Shown piece after piece: positions 46,525 through 58,894 of a DNA stretch of 64,000 bases. Position 1 is the stretch's first letter; every line of letters begins with the position of its first letter. This stretch comes from Malacoraja senta. Its lineage: Eukaryota. The stretch spans positions 115,816,001 through 115,880,000 of the forward strand of contig CM075977.1 in the NCBI GenBank assembly GCA_038087875.1, read 5' to 3'. A program made the translations under genes and the position numbers. Below the pieces are notes generated by a model that was given only the letters and a program-made list of their open reading frames with translations, was not told where the DNA came from and ran no database searches.

Positions 46525-49500
46525 TGCCACTGCTACACGGGTGGGTTTAAACTAAATAGTGTGGGGGGAGGAGACAAATTGGAAATACAAGGATGGAGTT
46601 AAAGGGAAAGGGAGTATAGGAAAAGTTAAGAAAGACACCAGAATTAACGGGGCAGAAAGCTCACGAAGGGAGAGGAGAGTGTAACGGCAGATTTGTATAT
46701 CGTTCAAGAGATTACTCCCTCTAGCCGCCAAATGGACAGCATGGTTAAGGGGAATATCTTTTATATGCATGCGAGCTCACCGTCAGAGAACATCAGAGCT
46801 TCTTCACAGACAAATCTTCCAAAACAGTCTTTTGATTAATAAATTCTTTATTGTTGAAGAAAAACAATAAGGTACATCCAAACTTCTTCCGATTCGTTAC
46901 TATAATCTTCATCGAACTCCAGCTTATCGCTTTAAACATTAGAAAACTCCTTGTGTCTCCGTTACAGTTTGCATGGTCAAAGGGTAAACCTTCTCCATGC
47001 TGGTTCCACAGTAAACTAACTAAGCTGCGCAAGAAACCTAGCTCAAAACACGCCTTAAAATACGTCATAAATCCCACCCACAATATAACGTGCAGTCTAA
47101 AATTTAAAGACACATGCCATCATCAACGACACACAAAACAAGCCAAATGACCACTACAGAGAGTATGGACAAGTGAAATAGGAATTGAAGTGAAAGGTGA
47201 GGTGAATAATGGATTTAAAGTATTATATATGAATGCACGAAGTATTAGAAATAAAGTGGATGAGCTTGAGGCTCAGTTAGAAATTGGCAAGTATGACGTT
47301 GTGGGAATTACAGAGACATGGCAGCAAGAGGACAAGGGCTGGAAACTGAATATTCAGGGGTATACGTCCCATCAAAAAAGACTGACAGGTGGGCAGAGAG
47401 GATGGGGTAGCTCTGTAGTGGTCCAAAGGGAAATTCAGTCCCTTGCGAGGGGTGACATAGAATCAGGAGATGTTGAATCAGTATGGATAGAACTGAGGAA
47501 TTGTAAGGGTAAAAAGACCCTAATGGGACTTATCTACAGGCCCACAAACAGTAGCCTGGATATAGGGTGCAAGTTGAATTAAGAGTTAAAATTGGCATGT
47601 CGCAAAGGTAATGCTATGGTTAATATGGGAGATTTCAACATGCAGGAGACTGGGAAAATCAGGTTGGTACTGGACCCCAAGAAAGGGAGTTTGTGGAGTG
47701 CCTCCGAGATGGATTCTTAGAGCAGCTTGTACTGGAGCCCCCCAGAGAGAAGGCAATTCTGGATTTAGTGTTGTGTAATGAACCGGATTTGATAAGGGAA
47801 CTCGAGGTAAAGGAGCCATTAGGAGGTAGTGACCATAATATGATAAGTTTTAATCTACAATTTGAGAGGGAGAAGGGAAAATCAGAAGTGTCTGTATTAC
47901 AGAGCAAAGGGGACTATGGAGGGACCATGAGGGAGGAGTTGGCCAAAGTTGACTGGAAAGATACCCTAGCAGGGATGACAGTGGAACAACAATGGCAGGT
48001 ATTTCTGGGAATAATACAGAAGGTGCAGGATCAGTTCATTCCAAAGAGGAAGAAAGATTCTGAGGTGAGTAAGAGGCGATCGTGGCTGACAAGGGAAGTC
48101 AAGGACAGTTTAAAAATAAAAGAGAAGTATAATATAGCAATGATGAGCGGGAAGCCAGAGGATTGGGAAACTTTTAAAGAGGAACAGAAGATAACTAAAA
48201 AGGCAATACGGGGAGAAAAGATGAGGTACAAAGGTAAGCTAGCCAAGAATTTAATTGAGGATAGTAAAAGCTTCTTTAGGTATGTGATGAGGAATAAAAT
48301 AGTTGAGGCCAAAGTTGGACGCTTGAATACAGAAACAGGTGAATTTATTATGGGGAACAAGGAAATGGCAGACGAGTTGAACAGGTACTTTGGATCTGTC
48401 TTCACGAAGGAATACACAAACAATCTCCCAGATATACTAGTGGCCAGAAGACCTAGGGTGAGGGAGGAACTGAAGGAAATTCACATTAGGCAGGAAATGG
48501 TGTTGGGTAGACTGATGGGACCGAAGACTGATAATCCACAGGGCCTGATGGTCTGCATCCCAGGTTCCCCATGAAGGTGGCTCTAGAAATAGTGGATGCA
48601 TTGGTGATAATTTTCCAATATTCAATAGATTCAGGATCAGTTCCTATGGATTGGAGGATAGCTAAATGTTATCCCACTTTTTAAGAAAGGAGGGAGAGAG
48701 AAAACGGAATAATAGACCAGTTAGCCTGACATCGGTGCTGGGGAAGATGCTGGAGTCAATTATAAAAGATGAAATAGCCGAACATTTGGATAGCAGTAAC
48801 AGAATCGGTCCGAGTCAGCATGGATTTACGAAGGGAAATCATACTTGACTAATCTTCTGGAATTTTTTGAGGATGTAACTAGGAAAATGGACAAGGGAGA
48901 GCCAGTGGATGTAGTGGACCTGGACTTTCAGAAAGCCTTTGACAAGGTCCCACATAGGAGATTAGTGGGCAAAATTAGAGCACATGGTATTGGGGGTAGG
49001 GTACAGATATGGATAGAAAATTGGTTGGCCGACAGGAAACAAAGAATCGGGATTAACGGTTCCCTTTCAGGAAGGCAGGCAGTGACTAGTGGGGTACCGC
49101 AAGGCTCGGTGCTGGGACCGCAGCTATTTACAATGTACATTAATGATTTAGATGAAGGGATTAAAAGTAACATTAGCCAATATGCAGATGACACAAAGCT
49201 GGGTGGCTGTGTGAACTGTGAAGAGGATGCAGGGTGACTTGGACAGGTTGGGTGAGTGGGCAGATGCATGGTAGATGCAGTTTAATGTGAATAAATGTGA
49301 GGTTATCCACTTTGGTGGCAAGATCAGGAAGGCAGATAATTATCTGAATGGTGTCAAGTTAGGAAAAGGGGAAGCACAACGGGATCTGGGTGTCCTTGTT
49401 CATAGGTCACTCAAAGTAAGCATGCAGGTACAGTAGGCCGTGAAAAAGCTAATGGTATGCTGGCCTTCATATCAAGAGGAGTTGAGTATTGGAGCAAAGA

Positions 49501-50096
49501 GGTCCTTCTGCAGTTGTACAGGGCCCTAGTGAGACCACACCTGGAGTATTGTGTTCAGTTTTGGTCTCCAAATTAGAGGAAAGACATTCTTGCTATTGAG
49601 GGGAGTGCAGCGTAGGTTTACAAGGTTAATTTCCGGGATAGCGGGACTGTCATATGTTGAAAGAATGGAACAACTGGGCTTGTATACACTGGAATTTAGA
49701 AGGATGAGAGGGATTCTTATTGAAACATAAGATTATTAAGGGATCGGACATGCTAGAGGCAGGAAACATGTTCCCGATGTTGGGGGAATCCAGAATCAGG
49801 GGCCACAGTTTAAGAATAAGGGGTTGGCCATTTAGAACGGAGATGAGGAAAAACTTTTTCACCCAGAGAGTTGTGAATCTGTGGAATTCTCTGCCTCAGA
49901 ATGCAGAGGAGGGCAATTCTCTGGATGCTTTCAAGAGAGAGTTAAGATAGAGCTCTTAAAGATAGCGGTGTCAAGGGATAAAGGGGAAAAGGCAGGAATG
50001 AGGTACTGATTGTCGATGATCAGCCATGATCACAGTGAATGGAGGTGCTGGCTCGAAGGGCCGAATGGCCTATTCCTGCACCTATTGTTTATTGTG
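46525..50096 (+). mobile_element. CR1 LINE: ORF1 tail plus complete frameshifted ORF2 and 3' tail
   Basis: LYMNARSIRNK, ITETW, SDHN, RPVSLTS, DFQKAFDKV, GVPQGSVLGP, YADDTK. Confidence 0.95.
46680..47158 (-). mobile_element. Solo LTR related to the 34556 BEL LTR
   Basis: TG...CA termini; GAGAG TSD; reverse complement shares TGTAGTGG.CATTTGG, TTTAAATTTTAGACTGC and GTGGGTGGGATTTATGACG blocks. Confidence 0.92.
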
Positions 50097-50175
50097 TTAG
50101 GTTTAACAATAACAGTATGATTTTATTTTTTGGATTTTTATGAGATTTTGTTCTTGTCATCTGTTTAAAAAAAGA

Positions 50176-50974
50176 CTAGACTAAGTGGGTCCCAGTGACA
50201 CGGGAGGCCTGGTCCCCCAACGCAACCCATTCCCCAACGCAATAGTCCACCACTCACCTGTTAGGGGGAGGGGGGTTGTGGGGGAGGGGTGGTGTGTGGG
50301 AGGGGGGTGGGGAAGGGGGTGCGTGGGAGAGGTGGGAGGTTCATGGGGTGGGGGGTGCGTGGGGGACGGGGGTGTGCGTGGTGGAGTGTGGGGGAGGGGG
50401 TGGGGTGTGGTGTGGGGGAGGGAGAGGGGTGTGTGGGCGAGGGGGAGAAGGAGGGGTGTGTGGGCAGGTGGAGGTGGTGGCTGTGGGTGGGGGTTGTGGT
50501 CGCCGCAGACGCAGCTCACACTCTGCTCACCCCGCACCTTCAGCTTTCGGCCCCACTCAACGGCTCGCGGTCCGTGACCAGCATCACTCAGCGGTTCCCG
50601 GCTCGTCGTGCTGGTGTCCGCAGAAGCAGCCCACACGCTGCTCACTCCACACAATGCTCACTACGCGCGTTTCTCTCTCCGCTCGCTGCTCACTCCGCAC
50701 TCGCTCAACACTCTAGTCACTCTGCTCCTTCAGCTTTATTCTCCTCGCCGCCGGTGATTGACAGCGGTTGCCGGAAGGGGCGTTTTTTTACGATTTTTAA
50801 ACCTACATAACTTTTGTACTATTCCACCGATCGGAACAAAACATGTCGCACTTGCAGCACAGGAGAATGGCGAATAAGGTGGCCAAAAATCGTAGCGCTA
50901 TCGGGTACAATTTTTGTGCACATGTAAAAACAAAGCAAAGCGGAAGAGGACAAGATGAGAGTTTTCTAAGTATA
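50176..50974 (-). mobile_element. Non-autonomous Helitron with G-rich low-complexity interior
   Basis: CTAG 3' end at 50176; subterminal sequence shared with 11020-11140; 5' region resembles 7682-7780. Confidence 0.8.
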
Positions 50975-52295
50975 CTAGACCAAGTAGGACCCGTTGGGTC
51001 CCGTCCCCTCAACACGCGGTTGCGGGGGGAGGGGGCGGCCTGCGGCGTCACTCACACACTAACCAGCCCCTCACACACACACTAACCGCCCCCATTGATA
51101 TATTAATATTATTAATTCATTCCTATTAACCCTATCCCCCGCCCTATCCACTCATGCATAGCCTACAACTCACAGGTGAGGCTAGAGAGGGAGGCGCACA
51201 GAGAGGGACGTGGAGGCGCACAGAGAGGGACGCGGAGGCGCACAGAGAGGGACGCGGAGGCGCACAGAGAGGGACGCGGAGGCGCACAGAGAGGGACGCG
51301 GAGGCGCACAGAGAGGGACGCGGAGGCGCACAGAGAGGGACGCGGAGGCGCACAGAGAGGGACGCGGAGGCGCACAGAGAGGGACGCGGAGGCGCACAGA
51401 GAGCGACGCGGAGGCGCACAGAGAGGGACGCGGAGGCGCACAGAGAGGGACGCGGAGGCGCACAGAGAGGGACGCGGAGGCGCACAGAGAGGGACGCGGA
51501 GGCGCACAGAGAGGGACGCGGAGGCGCACAGAGAGGGACGCGGAGGCGCACAGAGAGGGACGCGGAGGCGCACAGAGAGGGACGCGGAGGCGCACAGAGA
51601 GGGACGCGGAGGCGCACAGAGAGGGACGCGGAGGCGCACAGAGAGGGACGCGGAGGCGCACAGAGAGGGACGCGGAGGCGCACAGAGAGGGACGCGGAGG
51701 CGCACAGAGAGGGACGCGGAGGCGCACAGAGAGGGACGCGGAGGCGCACAGAGAGGGACGCGGAGGCGCACAGAGAGGGACGCGGAGGCGCACAGAGAGG
51801 GACGCGGAGGCGCACAGAGAGGGACGCGGAGGCGCACAGAGAGGGACGCGGAGGCGCACAGAGAGGGACGCACAGGCGCACAGAGAGGGACGCACAGGCG
51901 CACAGAGAGGGACACAGATGCCTAGAGAGGGGCACAGTGAGGGACACAGATGCATAGAGAGGGGCACAGAGAGGGACACAGAGGCAGGGGAGCTTGCTGC
52001 CTTTTGGAGCTGAGTTTTCTGGGTGTCCGCTGTCTTTTGTAGCTGGGGTTTCCGATTTGCGGCGTCTTTTGAGCGGGCGGCTCTGCCGCGAGCGGGCAGC
52101 CCTGGGCGACGTGACTCGCAGCGCGTGAACACAACGTGCAGCCATTGTGACGTCATCATCCAAGGCCAGCGGTTTTATTTTCTGTTATTTGAGATTTTTG
52201 AACATTTTGATTAATAACTAGAAATAATGCATGAATTTTTCAGATTTTTGACTTCACAGGATGAATCTCTACAGGAATATATAAAAACTATCGTT
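50975..52295 (-). mobile_element. Second non-autonomous Helitron abutting the first (5' end interrupted by Gypsy)
   Basis: CTAGACCAAGTAGGACCCGTTGGGTCCC hairpin and CTAG end at 50975. Confidence 0.7.
51188..51915. repeat. 22-bp minisatellite, ~33 near-identical copies
   Basis: Unit CACAGAGAGGGACGCGGAGGCG. Confidence 0.97.
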
Positions 52296-53388
52296 TGTAA
52301 TGTATTCATGCATATTCATGTATATGTTAATGAGTTGGTGTTGCATATAAGCAGGGATTGTTGGGTAATAAATCTCTCTCGTGATCCAGGCAACCTGCGT
52401 GTAAGTTGTTATTCATTCTGCCAACCGGAATATAGCAAAATTGGCGACGAGGATGGGATAGAGTTTGTGAACTCATCCTTTAAATGCAGTTCAGGATTGT
52501 TTTGCAACAGGCAGTATTGTTTAACAGTTAAAACAGTAAATACGGAGTTGTGTCGCAGTTGTTTGCGAGCTGTACATGATAGGCCGCAGATCCTTCTATG
52601 CAGGGGACTGTAGTTTAAACAGCAGCTGTACAAATCGGCAAGAGTTTGTCAGGCTATCTCTGTGTTGTGTCTACGTGGCAAGATGTCGTCCTTGGGATTG
52701 CATAACATTTTAGACTTCGTTTTTTTTTGTCAAGTTCCTTAAGCTGAATAGCCTTTGTACAGCTAAGTTTTAGGTGAATTGTTACACCAGAACCGACAGG
52801 AAATCGGGGGTTTTTGAACGGACTTAAAAAAAAAAAAAAAGAACGACATGATGGCAGCGTCCATGGGCTACATCGGAAACCTTGGCAGTTTTGACAAGAA
52901 TAGAGAGTCGTTCAGCTCCTATATTGAGAGAGTAAACATGTTTTTCACGGCAAACAACATAATGGAGATTAGTGGTGAAGGAGAGATAGTGACTGAAATA
53001 AATAAAGCCGTTTGCGAATGCATGAAAGCGATTCTGCTCAAGGAGATCGGTCCTGAAGTGTACGGCACACTCATGAATCTCCTTGCGCCCATAAAGGCGA
53101 AAGACGTGTCATTCAATGACATTATGAAGAAGTTGGAGGAGCACTTCAACCCAAAGCCTCTGGAAATTGCAGAAGGCTATAAATTTGGCACTAGAAACCA
53201 GAAGCAGAATGAGACAATCAATGAGTACATGTTGCCTTGCAAAACTTAACTTTCCACTGTAACTTTGGAACCTTTCTCGGACACGCACTACGCGACAGAT
53301 TTGTTTGTGGTCTAGTGGATGAACAAATTCAGTCCAAACTGATGAACACTCCAGATCTCACATTCGAGAAAGCATGCAAGATTGCTAC
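52296..53388 (+). mobile_element. Gypsy (Mag-like) LTR retrotransposon 5' end: short LTR 52296-52437, PBS and gag, cut by the gap
   Basis: TGTAA...TAGCA with AATAAA; gag YIER..FF.AN, LEEHFNP, RNQK.NETI, CNFG..LRDRFVCGL, DLTFEKA. Confidence 0.88.
52442..52459 (+). promoter_or_regulatory. Primer-binding site complementary to the tRNA-Ser(GCT) 3' end
   Basis: TGGCGACGAGGATGGGAT is the reverse complement of ...ATCCCATCCTCGTCG-CCA. Confidence 0.85.
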
Positions 53389-53588
53389 NNNNNNNNNNNN
53401 NNNNNNNNNNNNNNNNNNNNNNNNNNNNNNNNNNNNNNNNNNNNNNNNNNNNNNNNNNNNNNNNNNNNNNNNNNNNNNNNNNNNNNNNNNNNNNNNNNNN
53501 NNNNNNNNNNNNNNNNNNNNNNNNNNNNNNNNNNNNNNNNNNNNNNNNNNNNNNNNNNNNNNNNNNNNNNNNNNNNNNNNNNNNNNNN
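53389..53588. other. Assembly gap (200 N)
   Basis: N run. Confidence 1.
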
Positions 53589-53792
53589 GGTTCATAATGT
53601 TTGGGACAAAGACCCATCATATATTTATTTGCCTCTGTACTCCACAATTTGAGATTTGTAATAGAAAACAAATCACATGTGGTTAAAGTGCACATTGTCA
53701 GATTTTAATAAAGGCCATTTTTATACATTTTGGTTTCACCATGTAGAAATTACAGCTGCGTTAAAACATAGTATTTAAATTTATCAGTAGCA

Positions 53793-54581
53793 TTACCTGC
53801 ATAAATCAACACCTGTTTCAGCCATCTTGAAATAGTCTGTCGACACTTTCTTATGCGTTTTTTTATAGCTGATAAAGAATGCCGATTCTGCACCTCTTAA
53901 GGTTCTGGTTGCCTCAATGTAACACCTTAAATATGCTACTACACATAGACGTGGATCCGTAGGATATGCTGAAAAAAACAACTTACATCCTGTGAACCCA
54001 GGTCTACTCCGTTTAAGCAAATCATAGACATAGAATGTAATGGCATCTGCCCCTACTTTCATCCTGTCTATTCGTAACTTCTGCAATGTTTGCACTCTCT
54101 GTGCTGAAACTAATGCCATGAGCATAACTAACTTCATGGTAATTTTGGCCAATGACAGAGCTTCAATAGGTGTCCATTGACGCAGCAGCATAAGTACATC
54201 TTTTACATTCCAGATTTCTGTATACCTGGGTCTAGGAGCGTTGGAATTGAAAATTCACTTCATAAACCTACAGACCCAAGGATGTGATCCTATAGGATTT
54301 TGCTCTGATTCCCTGCATAAATATGCAGAAAGAGCACTTCTTGCAGTATTGATTGAACTATAGCTTAAATTTAATTCAAAATAAAGAGTTGAAAGAAACT
54401 CTAATATATCTGAAATGTCTGCAGTGTGATATGCAATATTCTTTTGTGAACAAAACACCTCCCATTTCCTTATATAAGAAATGTACTGCTTCTGGGTACT
54501 ATTCCTCCAGGCTGCTGCCATAACATCCACAGTACGCTCTGATAATCCTCTTCCAAGATATGGCCTTCTTAGAATCTGCAA
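53793..54581 (-). pseudogene. DIRS tyrosine recombinase (N-terminal and first catalytic Arg; HxxR and Tyr region missing)
   Basis: AWRNSTQKQY, SYSSINTARSALS, SAQRVQTL, LCVV..L..Y...T. Confidence 0.85.
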
Positions 54582-55043
54582 ATCAATAAACCAATACGAT
54601 CATGTAAAGGATGTGGTTCATCAGTTACAGGGTTTTCAAGCAGGTTTTCCTGCTTTGGAATACTCATAAGGGTTTTTGTGATCAATTTAACACCAGCGGG
54701 TACCATGGCTGTGTAGGCCAATCTGGCACCACCAAAACCCCTGAAGCCGAGTCCTGTTTAATTTTCTGTATACACCGATTAATGAGGCAAAACGGAGGAA
54801 ATGCATACAGAAACATACCACCCGAATGTAGCGAGAAAGCATCCACCGCTACTGCACCAGGATCAGGCTCCCATGACACATACTTACGCAATTGGTGGTT
54901 AAGTCTTGATGCAAACAAGTCAATTTCTGGCATACCAAATTGTGCCACAATTTTATTAAATATTTCATGATGCAACATCCATTCTGTGTTATCATTGAAT
55001 TTACGTGACCTTGTGTCTGCAACTATGTTGAATCTACCTGGTA

Positions 55044-55826
55044 ATAATAATAATAGATTTTATTTATGTAGTGCTTTTCAGGACTCAAAGTCGCTTTACA
55101 ATTGAGAGTCAGGAATAAACAAAACAAAATAGAGCAGTAAGACAGAGGGGAGGGGAACATGGGACTAAGGGTATGCAGAGGTGAAGAGATGGGTTTTGAG
55201 GCAGGACTGGAAGATGGTGAGGGGCTCAGAATTTCGGACCGGTTGTGGGAGGGAATTCCAGAGCCTGGGAGCTGCCCTGGAGAAGGCTCTGCCTCCAAAA
55301 GTGCAGAGGTTTGATTTCGGAGTGGAGAGGAGACCAGCTCATGTGGATCTGAGGGACCGTGAGGGTTGGTAGGGGGAGAGGAGGTCAATGAGATAAGGGG
55401 GGGGGGGCAGGTTGTTGAGGGCTTTGTAGGTGAGGACCAGGATTTTGTAGGTGATCTGGTGGGAAATGGGAAGCCAGTGAAGTTCTTTGAGAACTGGGGT
55501 GATGTGGTGCCAGGATTTGGTGTGGGTGATGAGTCGGGCGGCTGCATTTTGGACCAGTTGGAGTCGGTTGATGCTGCTGGAATTGATTCCGAAAAGAAGA
55601 GAGTTACAGCAGTCCAGTCGGGAGGAGATGAAGGCATGGATGAGTCTTTCAGCAGCGGGGGGTGTGAGAGAGGATCTGATTTTTGCAATGTTGCGGAGGT
55701 GAAAAAATGATGTTTTGACAACATGGCGGATGTGAGGCTCAAGGGAGAGGGTTGAGTCAAGGATCACGCCAAGGTTGCGTGCCTGAGGAGATGGGGAGAC
55801 AGTGGTGCCGTCGATAGTGAGAGTGG
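55044..55826 (-). mobile_element. L2-clade LINE 3' fragment inserted in the DIRS RNase H
   Basis: RNLGVILDSTL, SRLDCCNSLL, LQLVQNAAAR, HITPVLKELHWLP; (TAT)n tail; TGGTA flanks split the DIRS YLP|GRFN motif. Confidence 0.92.
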
Positions 55827-56165
55827 TGGTAGGTAGATTGCTGACAGTCAAATCTTTCTGGTAATACACCAGGTCCAGATTATATTTGCCAATCTATCAC
55901 AAGATTCCTACTTGATACCACCCATATGATTTATATATGCTACAGCTGTAGTATTGTCAATCTGTACCTGAACATGCAATTTTTCCATATTAGAACAATA
56001 AGCTTTAAGCCCATAAAATGTTCCTAAGCTCTAGGTAATTTATACCTTGATTTTCGAGCAAAGGTACTTCCTCCACATTCCATCTACCTCCACAGCTGGA
56101 AACAGTATTAGTAGTGCCCCATCCTAGAGCACTTACATCAGTCTGTAGAATAACAGAAGGTGTCT

Positions 56166-57255
56166 CTACCAGAATTTGTCTGGAAGCATTAGAGACATTG
56201 TTAATCCACCATTTAAATTCCATAATAGGCCCAATTGCATGGGCGTATCAAAATGCCCTGCATTAATCCTTAATGCTTGTACCTTAGCTCTCTGCAAATG
56301 CTGATAATGCAGTGGTCCAAACCTTACAGCTGGAAAAACAGCAATTAATTTGCCCAGCAAGCTTGCCACTTGTCTAATTGAGGGTTGGTACTCTTTAATG
56401 AGCTTAATGCAACCTTCAATTAACTGCAGCCTTTTATCTTTTGGCAAAGTGATTACCATGTGTTCTGAGTTAATGGTAAACCCCAGGTAATCAATTTTTG
56501 TGCTTGGTAATAGTTTCGATTTTTGTGGGTGAATAATTAATCCCACTTTCTGGAAAACGAGCTTAACTCTTGACACTGATGCCTTTGATGTAGCCAAAGT
56601 GTCCCCCACAATCAGAATATCATCCAAATAAGCCATTAATACATGGCCCTCAGCTCTTAGTAGTGCTAAAATTGGTTTGAGCAATATTGTAAATAATCTT
56701 GGCGCTGAAGTTAAACCATTAGGCAATGCTTTAAATTGCCACAATTGACTCATCCATCTAAATTTTAGATATCTCCGATCATTACCATGCACTGCCACAG
56801 AATAATATGCATCCTGCGGATCTATACTTGCCATATAGCATTTTCTTGTGACAAGCTGAATCGCATTTGTAAATGTTTCCATTTTAAAATGTTTATACTG
56901 TACGAAAGGGTTAAGACTTGTCAGATCCAAAATGATTCTACATCCACCATCCTTTTTTGGTCTAGGAAAAATACTTGACACAAACTGATGGTGTTGTTCT
57001 TTTTACACCTTTTTTGCATAATATTTTCAATTCTGCCTGAATGTGCGTATTCTCTTCTTTTGAGAAAATACGTGTCCGGCTTGAAATATGCCGAGTAGGA
57101 GGAATCAAATGTGGAAAGAATTCAATTCTAAATCCCACAATACTGCACAGTATAAACAAATCATTTGTTATTTGTTGCCATTCTTTTAGGAAGAATTGTA
57201 ATCTTCCTCCCACTTGTGGGTGCAAAACATTTGCTATGTTTCTTACCAGACCCAC
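56166..57255 (-). pseudogene. DIRS reverse transcriptase
   Basis: VGGRLQFF..EW, SSIFPRPKKDGG, YLDDILI, YLGFTINS. Confidence 0.9.
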
Positions 57256-58894
57256 CTACCTCAGGGTTTGCCGATGGCAAATGTTGTCCCCTATTCTTAG
57301 TAGGCACATTATAACCTCCACGCATCCCAGGTGCAGTACGCCAACGCGTATATGGGAACGATCGACTTGTTCCTTCTCCAGCACCAGACATCCGTCTGTA
57401 GGGATACTGCCTTCGAATTGATCTGCTCAACATCGGTGGTTTCATCATTCCCACGGGTTTTGCCTCTTCATTCAGGTCTTTTACCCTTTTCGTTAGATTT
57501 TCTCCAAAAAGCAGATTAGGCAGTTGTATATTGGATGGTTTACAGAGCCCTGCAAATTTAGGATGAATATTAGGTCTTATGGCATTCTTACGAATACAGT
57601 TTATTTCAAAGTGCGCACTACACATAAGTGCTAAGGCATTTTGTTGTGAAGCAGATACATGCTCTTCATCCAAACCTCTGGCAAATGCCGTAATGCCTGA
57701 CCGCAGCAATCTCAACACTCGTTGTAACTTTAATTCTTGTGAGCGTAATCCAATGCCCAAATAGCCCCATATTACGTTATTCACCGCTGGGACTGCTAGC
57801 AGTGCACAATTCTGCGGGATTTCATATTTTTTAACATCCATAGTTAATTGCTGGAGTTGATGGGAGAGCAAGTAATTTATAGTCATTGCTAATTCATCTC
57901 CCAAAGGTTCCCCTGTTAATCTGGGAACAGCAAACTTTTGTGTCAGCCCTGGTATTTTAGGCTCTGTTATTGGGCTCTGGTCCTCATATGATTCATCATC
58001 TGAATCTTGATGTTCCTCCTCCTGATGGGAAAGTTCTGGCATCCCTGTTTCAGGTAAATCTAGCCCTGCCTCTTCCATAGGCCTTCGTATAGTAAATTCT
58101 TTACCAGATTCCCCCTGCGCGGGCTCTCCTGTAGGCCCACGGATAGGCAGCCCCGTTTCAGGTGCTGCTGGCGCTGGCTCACATCTAGGCTAACGCTTAT
58201 ATTGTCTTTCTTCTGACATTGTTGGCGCTGGCACTTCTCTAGACCAACGCTTGTACTGCCTTTTTCCTGGCTCTCCTGTAGGCCAACCTATGTATTGTCT
58301 TTTCGCAGACATTTCTGATGGCTCTCCTGTAGGCCAACGCTGTGCCTGTCCCATCCAAGGCACTCCCTGCGCTGTCTCTCTCATAGGCCAACGCGGACTA
58401 AATTCCTCCTGAGGAGGTTCTTGATAAATCATTTTCCCCATAAGGAACTCTAAGCTCGCGACCCTAGCAGCCATAACCTCTGACTGAGGAGGGTTCACCT
58501 CCGGGTCTGACTCATCGGAGTCTGCTTGTCGCACGGACTTTTGCCCGGCCTTGCGCCCCAAAGGCGCTACAACTGTACTTTCGACCGGATCGGGAGTTGA
58601 TGGCCTCGCTGCCACAGACTCCTCTAACGGACGCCCGCTACCCTCAGATACTTGAGGTTTACCTGCGGTACGTCTTCTTCATTTACGCCCTCTCTCCTTA
58701 ATAACTTGCGTGAAGCTCCGCAAACAAGTCTGACGAGAAAGGCCGACCTAGAAGCGAAAGTGAAAGCACCTACCTTCAGACTTTTACTTTGCTCCTCCAC
58801 ACACGGTCGCAACGCTATGCGTCTGACGATATGACGCGTGTGTGGTCTGGCTGGGTTCTTCACGTAGTCACTCACGTGACTCCGAAGTAAAATT

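Larger units (their letters stand above)
53775..58892 (-). mobile_element. DIRS1-type tyrosine-recombinase retrotransposon, 3'-truncated
   Basis: gag (57161-58615); RT (PKKDGGCR.ILDL, LPNGLTSAPRLFT, YLDD); RNase H (TDVS..GWG, INYLEL, DNTTAVAYINHMGG); MT (IDLFASRLN, YAFPPF, VPDWPTQPWY); YR (ARSALS, LVSAQRVQTL); starts TTTTACTTCGGAGTCACGTGAGTGAC. Confidence 0.93.

Noticed and set aside
50181-50810. Gly/Pro/His-rich ORFs
   Set aside because: They come from the G-rich low-complexity interior of a Helitron.
51144-52163. Six long overlapping ORFs (250-339 aa) and a CRISPR-like appearance
   Set aside because: These are translations of a stop-free 22-bp minisatellite; there are no unique spacers and no cas genes, and the context is eukaryotic.
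55038-55866. Apparent 9-bp TSD CTGGTAATA around the L2
   Set aside because: The DIRS RNase H frame (WCITRKI*LSAIYLP) continues to ~55827, so the second copy is native DIRS sequence; the real junction repeat is TGGTA.
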